Source: Pseudomonadota bacterium (GTDB lineage Bacteria > Pseudomonadota > Gammaproteobacteria > Burkholderiales > Burkholderiaceae_C). From it: a DNA stretch of 64,000 bases. The translations under genes and the position numbers were made by a program. Shown here in pieces: positions 57,975 to 64,000 of this stretch (the first letter of the stretch is position 1; each line of letters starts with the position of its first letter). The stretch is from contig JBEAZV010000078.1 in NCBI GenBank assembly GCA_041159245.1, positions 15,304-79,303 on the forward strand. Direction: 5' to 3'. The notes under the pieces are model-generated. The model did no database searches, was not told where the DNA came from, and saw nothing but the letters and a program-made list of their open reading frames with translations.

Positions 57975-58352
57975 ATGTCGAACTTGCCTTTGTCGTCCCG
58001 AGGACTCGCCGCGCGCCTGGGCCGCGTCGCTTGCCTCGGGTTTCCCTTGCTTGTGCTCGCGGGTGACGCCGCGATGGCACAGACCCCAGTAGCGTGTCCC
58101 CAGGAGCTGCCCGCCACCACCGCTTGGTCGGACCGCGAGGCCAGCCTCAGCGCGCAGACACACCTATCCGACGCGTGCCTCAAGCAGCTGGTGCGCCAGT
58201 GTGATGTGGAGGCCGATGCCGGTTTCCTGGATGGCGCCAGCGCCGCCGCCTGCTCCCTGCGTTACGAGGCTCTGCTTCGAGAGGGCTTTCGCGGCGACTT
58301 CAATTCTTTCCTGCGCTGGTGGCAGTCGGAGCCGCCTGTGGCCTCGCAGTAA
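57975..58352 (+). CDS. Hypothetical exported protein with four Cys in the mature part
   Basis: GGGAGGG RBS; signal-like LGFPLLVLAGDAAMA; CSLRYEALLREGFRGDFNSFLRWW tail. Confidence 0.6.
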   Translation: MSNLPLSSRGLAARLGRVACLGFPLLVLAGDAAMAQTPVACPQELPATTAWSDREASLSAQTHLSDACLKQLVRQCDVEADAGFLDGASAAACSLRYEALLREGFRGDFNSFLRWWQSEPPVASQ

Positions 58353-58383
58353 CTCCGTGTAGGCGACGGTCACAGCCCCGCGT

Positions 58384-59031
58384 TCAGGGGGCTAGGCGCA
58401 CGCGTTGCCAGCCTTCGGGGCTTGGCGTGTAGCGCAGGCGGTCATGCAGCCGGCTCTTGCGCCCTTGCCAGAACTCCCAGCGTTCTGGCACCAGCCGGTA
58501 GCCGCCCCAATGCGGTGGACGCGGTGGCTGCAGCAGAAATTGTGCGCCGTACTTGGCGGCGTTGGCCACCAGCACGCTGCGGTCGGCGATCACTTCGCTT
58601 TGCGGGCTGGCCCAGGCGCCGATACGCGAGTCCAGGGGGCGGCTATGGAAGTAGGCGTCGCTTTCTTCGTCGCTGGCCTTTTCCACCCGGCCCTCGATGC
58701 GCACCACCCGCTCGAGCTCGACCCAGTGGAACTGGAGTGCCGCGTACGGATTGCCCGCGAGCTCGCGGCCCTTGCGGCTTTCGTAGTTGGTGTACCAGAC
58801 GATGCCGCGCGCGTCGTATCCCTTGATCAACACCACGCGCGTACTGGGGCGCAGATCGCTGCCCACGGTGGCCAGCGTCATCGCATTCGGCTCAGGCACC
58901 TGGCCATCGATGGCTTCCTTGAGCCACTGCTCGAACTGTCGCAGCGGGTCGGCGTGGCTCGCGTCTTCACTGAGTTCAGCGCGCTCGTAGCTTTTGCGCA
59001 AGTCGGCGATATCGCGGGGGAGGGTGCTCAT
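58384..59031 (-). CDS. pdxH: Pyridoxamine 5'-phosphate oxidase
   Basis: [45 protein letters not shown]. Confidence 0.96.
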   Translation of the reverse strand: MSTLPRDIADLRKSYERAELSEDASHADPLRQFEQWLKEAIDGQVPEPNAMTLATVGSDLRPSTRVVLIKGYDARGIVWYTNYESRKGRELAGNPYAALQFHWVELERVVRIEGRVEKASDEESDAYFHSRPLDSRIGAWASPQSEVIADRSVLVANAAKYGAQFLLQPPRPPHWGGYRLVPERWEFWQGRKSRLHDRLRYTPSPEGWQRVRLAP

Positions 59032-59154
59032 GGCGCCCGATTGTGGCATCGGCCCGCCTGCGCTGGCAGGCAGCGCACAAATCAGCACACCCGCTCGACG
59101 ACCCGTCGGGTGCTCATTGCCCGGGCGTACAGGGTGCGGCCCGGGTCTTGCGGC

Positions 59155-60897
<1,743 letters not shown>

Positions 60898-61232
60898 GAA
60901 AAGTCCGCGCCAAATCCTGGGCGCCTGGGATCGGCCTGTACGGTGCCGGGGCACCGAGCCAGTCAAAGGCCGGTCAGTTCGGGGGTGGGAGGTGGCGGCC
61001 GCAGGTAAAGCGTGAGGGCGGGCCGCTGGTCCCCAGCAGGAGTGCTGGTGCCGCGCCAACTGGATGCGCGGGCAGGGCGGATTGTCGCACGTTTGGCCGG
61101 GCCCGGGTTCGAGGCTCCCCGTCCCGGCCGCATCCACCGATAATCACGGGTTGCGCCAAGCGAGGCCCCGGTTTCGAACCCACGGGCCTCGGCACCCCTT
61201 TTCCAGCATCCCAGACAGGCACACAGACCCCC

Positions 61233-62894
61233 ATGGCCCAATACGTCTTCACCATGAACCGCGTCGGCAAGATCGTTCCGCCGAAGCGACAAATCCTCAA
61301 GGACATCTCCCTGTCCTTCTTCCCCGGCGCCAAGATCGGCGTGCTGGGCCTCAATGGCTCGGGCAAGTCCACGCTCCTGAAAATCATGGCCGGCATCGAC
61401 AAGGAGATCGAGGGCGAGGCCATGCCCATGCCGGGCCTGAACATCGGCTACCTGCCCCAGGAGCCCAAGGTCAACCCCGATAACTCCGTGCGCCAGGAAG
61501 TCGAAGAGGCTCTGGGCGAGGTCAATGCCGCCAAGGCCCGCCTCGAAGAGGTCTACGCCGCCTACGCCGAAGAAAATGCCGACTTCGACGCCCTGGCCGC
61601 CGAACAGGCCAAGCTCGAAGCCATCATCGCCACCTCCGGTACCGACTCCGAGCACCAGCTGGAAATCGCCGCTGACGCCCTGCGTCTGCCCCCCTGGGAC
61701 GCCAAGATCGGTCTGCTCTCGGGCGGCGAGAAACGCCGCGTGGCCCTGTGCAAGCTGCTGCTGTCCAAACCCGACATGCTGCTGCTGGACGAACCCACCA
61801 ACCATCTGGACGCCGAGTCGGTCGACTGGCTCGAGGTGTTCCTCCAGCGCTACCCGGGCACCGTCGTGGCCATCACCCACGACCGCTACTTCCTGGACAA
61901 CGCCGCCGAATGGATCCTTGAACTGGACCGCGGCCACGGCATTCCCTACAAGGGCAACTACAGCACCTGGCTGGAGCAGAAAGAAGCGCGCCTGGAGCAA
62001 GAACAGCGCACCGAAGACGCCCGCACCAAGGCCATGAAGAAGGAACTGGAGTGGGCACGCCAGAACCCGAAAGGGCGCCAGGCCAAGAGCAAGGCCCGCC
62101 TGGCCCGCTTTGAAGAACTCTCCGACTACGAATACCAGCGCCGCAACGAGACCCAGGAAATCTTCATCCCGGTGGCCGAGCGCCTGGGCACTCAGGTCAT
62201 CGAGTTCAAGAATGTCTCCAAGTCCTTTGGTGACCGCGTCCTGATCGACAACCTGTCCTTCAATGTTCCCGCGGGCGCCATTGTCGGCATCATCGGCCCC
62301 AACGGCGCGGGTAAGTCCACGCTGTTCAAGCTGATTGCGGGCAAGGAGCAACCCGATTCTGGCGAGGTGGTGATCGGCTCCACGGTCAAGATGGCCTTCG
62401 TCGACCAGAACCGCGACGTCCTCTCCAACGACAAGACCGTGTGGGAAGATGTCTCGGGCGGCCTGGACATCATCAACGTCGGCAAGTTCCAGATGGCCAG
62501 TCGCGCTTACTGCGGCCGCTTTAACTTCAACGGCGGCGACCAGCAAAAGAAGGTCGGCATGCTCTCAGGCGGTGAGCGCGGACGCCTGCACCTGGCCAAG
62601 ACCTTGATCGCTGGCGGCAACGTGCTGCTGCTGGACGAGCCCTCCAACGACCTGGACGTCGAAACCCTGCGCGCGCTGGAAGACGCCCTGCTGGAATACG
62701 CGGGCAGCGTGCTCGTGATCAGCCACGACCGCTGGTTCCTGGACCGCATCGCCACCCACATCCTGGCCGCCGAAGGCGACAGCCAGTGGGTGTTCTTCGA
62801 CGGCAACTATCAGGAGTACGAAGCCGACAAGAAAAAGCGTCTGGGTGAAGAGGGCGCCAAGCCCAAGCGCGTGCGCTACAAAGCTTTGAAATAG
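61233..62894 (+). CDS. ettA: Energy-dependent translational throttle protein (ABC-F)
   Basis: MAQYVFTMNRVGKIVPPKRQILKDISLSFFPGAKIG; two ABC domains with LSGGE; no TM segments. Confidence 0.96.
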   Translation: MAQYVFTMNRVGKIVPPKRQILKDISLSFFPGAKIGVLGLNGSGKSTLLKIMAGIDKEIEGEAMPMPGLNIGYLPQEPKVNPDNSVRQEVEEALGEVNAAKARLEEVYAAYAEENADFDALAAEQAKLEAIIATSGTDSEHQLEIAADALRLPPWDAKIGLLSGGEKRRVALCKLLLSKPDMLLLDEPTNHLDAESVDWLEVFLQRYPGTVVAITHDRYFLDNAAEWILELDRGHGIPYKGNYSTWLEQKEARLEQEQRTEDARTKAMKKELEWARQNPKGRQAKSKARLARFEELSDYEYQRRNETQEIFIPVAERLGTQVIEFKNVSKSFGDRVLIDNLSFNVPAGAIVGIIGPNGAGKSTLFKLIAGKEQPDSGEVVIGSTVKMAFVDQNRDVLSNDKTVWEDVSGGLDIINVGKFQMASRAYCGRFNFNGGDQQKKVGMLSGGERGRLHLAKTLIAGGNVLLLDEPSNDLDVETLRALEDALLEYAGSVLVISHDRWFLDRIATHILAAEGDSQWVFFDGNYQEYEADKKKRLGEEGAKPKRVRYKALK

Positions 62895-62899
62895 GACCA

Positions 62900-62997
62900 C
62901 CCCCGAGGGGCCTTTGGCCCCTCCCCCCTCAAGGGGGCGCCTCCTGCGGACTGGCAAAGCCAGATCCGCGGCGGCCACTGGAGGGGGCTTTGCCCCT
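62900..62997. repeat. REP/BIME-like cluster of tandem GC hairpins between convergent genes
   Basis: CCCCC-GA-GGGGG, CCCCC-TCAA-GGGGG, GCGGACTGGC-AAA-GCCAG(A)TCCGC, GGGGGC-TTT-GCCCCT. Confidence 0.6.
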
Positions 62998-63019
62998 GCG
63001 GGGCTCGCCGGGTCGTCGC

Positions 63020-64000
63020 TCAGACGTCTTTCGCTGCGGGGAATCTCTGGCCTGCGATCTCTAGTGTCTTTGCCGCCAATACCGCGCGTACTGTGGCTCT
63101 TGCCACGGCCTCGGCGGCCATCGTGGCGAGCACCATCATGCCTGGATGCTCCTTCGACTTGCCCGTCGCCAGGGCGAAGAGGGTGTCGCCGTCGGCCACG
63201 GTGTGCACCGGATTGATCGCCCGCGCCAAGCCGTCATGCGCGCCTTGCGCGAGGCGGGTGGCTTGCGCCTTGGTTAAGGCCGCATCCGTGGCGATCACAC
63301 CGATCGTGGTGTTGGTACCGGCCAGGATCGGAATCGGGGGTTCGCCGGCGAGCAGGGCGCGGCGTGTGTCGAACATCCGCGCCCCATCTTCGCTGCGCGC
63401 GCCTGCGATCACCGCGCCCGTATCCGGGTCGATCACATCGCCCAAGGCATTGCATGCCACCAGCGCACCCACCGTCACACCGCCCACGCGTACCGACGCG
63501 GTGCCGATGCCGCCCTTCATCGCGCGTTCATGGCCGAAGACCTTGCCCACCAAGGCGCCTGCGCCCGCGCCCACACTGCCTTCGGCAGGCGCTTGCGCGC
63601 GGGCCGCTTCGCAGGCGGCATAGCCCGCGTCGGCACCGGGGCGGATGCGGGCATCGCCCACCATCAGGTCAAACAACACCGCCGCCGGCACGATGGGCAC
63701 ACGCGCGGGGCCTACCGGCAGACCGAAGCCCCGTTCCTCCAGCCAGCGCATCACACCTCCCGCCGCATCCAGCCCGAAGGCACTGCCTCCTGACAGCAAC
63801 ACCGCATGCACGCGGTCGACGGTGTTCGTCGGCGAGAGCAGATCGGTCTCGCGCGTGCCCGGGGCGGCGCCGCGCACGTCGACCCCCGCGACCGCACCCT
63901 CGGGCACCAGGACGACCGAGCAGCCGGTGGGGCGACGGGTGTCGGTGGAGTGACCGACCGAGAGGCCGGTCACATCGGTGATGGCGCCGCAGGGCGTGTC
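63020..64000 (-). CDS. DmpA-like P1/S58 family peptidase (L-aminopeptidase/D-esterase), 5' partial
   Basis: Frame is open to the window end (DTPCGAITDVTGLSVGH); RGAAPGTRETDLL, LSGGSAFGL, GSVGAGAG, NTTIGVIATD, DGDTLFALAT. Confidence 0.92.
   Translation of the reverse strand, partial: DTPCGAITDVTGLSVGHSTDTRRPTGCSVVLVPEGAVAGVDVRGAAPGTRETDLLSPTNTVDRVHAVLLSGGSAFGLDAAGGVMRWLEERGFGLPVGPARVPIVPAAVLFDLMVGDARIRPGADAGYAACEAARAQAPAEGSVGAGAGALVGKVFGHERAMKGGIGTASVRVGGVTVGALVACNALGDVIDPDTGAVIAGARSEDGARMFDTRRALLAGEPPIPILAGTNTTIGVIATDAALTKAQATRLAQGAHDGLARAINPVHTVADGDTLFALATGKSKEHPGMMVLATMAAEAVARATVRAVLAAKTLEIAGQRFPAAKDV

Overview
High-GC betaproteobacterial chromosomal segment, probably Burkholderiales/Comamonadaceae (inferred from gene content and order). 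Core housekeeping blocks lie at both ends: plsY, yajQ, murB, argG, ppnP, folC-dedD-cvpA-purF-metZ-gltX-tRNA(Ala,Glu,Asp) on the left; ogt, pmm/pgm-waaA, tolC-rhodanese-pcm, TetR-MFP-RND, msrA, pdxH, rhlE, ettA and a DmpA-like peptidase on the right. The accessory middle (about 14.3-44.5 kb) has three parts. (1) A thiamine locus with two back-to-back TPP riboswitches 57 bp apart. One drives thiO-thiS-thiG. The other drives an unusual operon, thiD - LuxE-like synthetase - LuxC-like reductase - SDR - thiE, with no luxAB or luxD. This is the best candidate for an undescribed system: a proposed carboxylate-to-alcohol reductive salvage route for an oxidised thiamine moiety. (2) A small island with a secreted thermonuclease, a 907-aa DUF4062 + STAND/NACHT-like ATPase (candidate NLR-like defence protein) and an orphan salicylate 5-hydroxylase nagGH pair without its electron-transfer genes. 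(3) A two-armed Methylobacillus-type eps locus (epsA, B, L, E, F, G plus wzx, wzy, glycosyltransferases, GMC oxidoreductase). It lacks the exosortase but carries a small protein with a degenerate PEP-CTERM-like tail. No CRISPR array, rRNA, integrase or transposase was seen. All assignments come from motif recognition by eye; no database searches were run.
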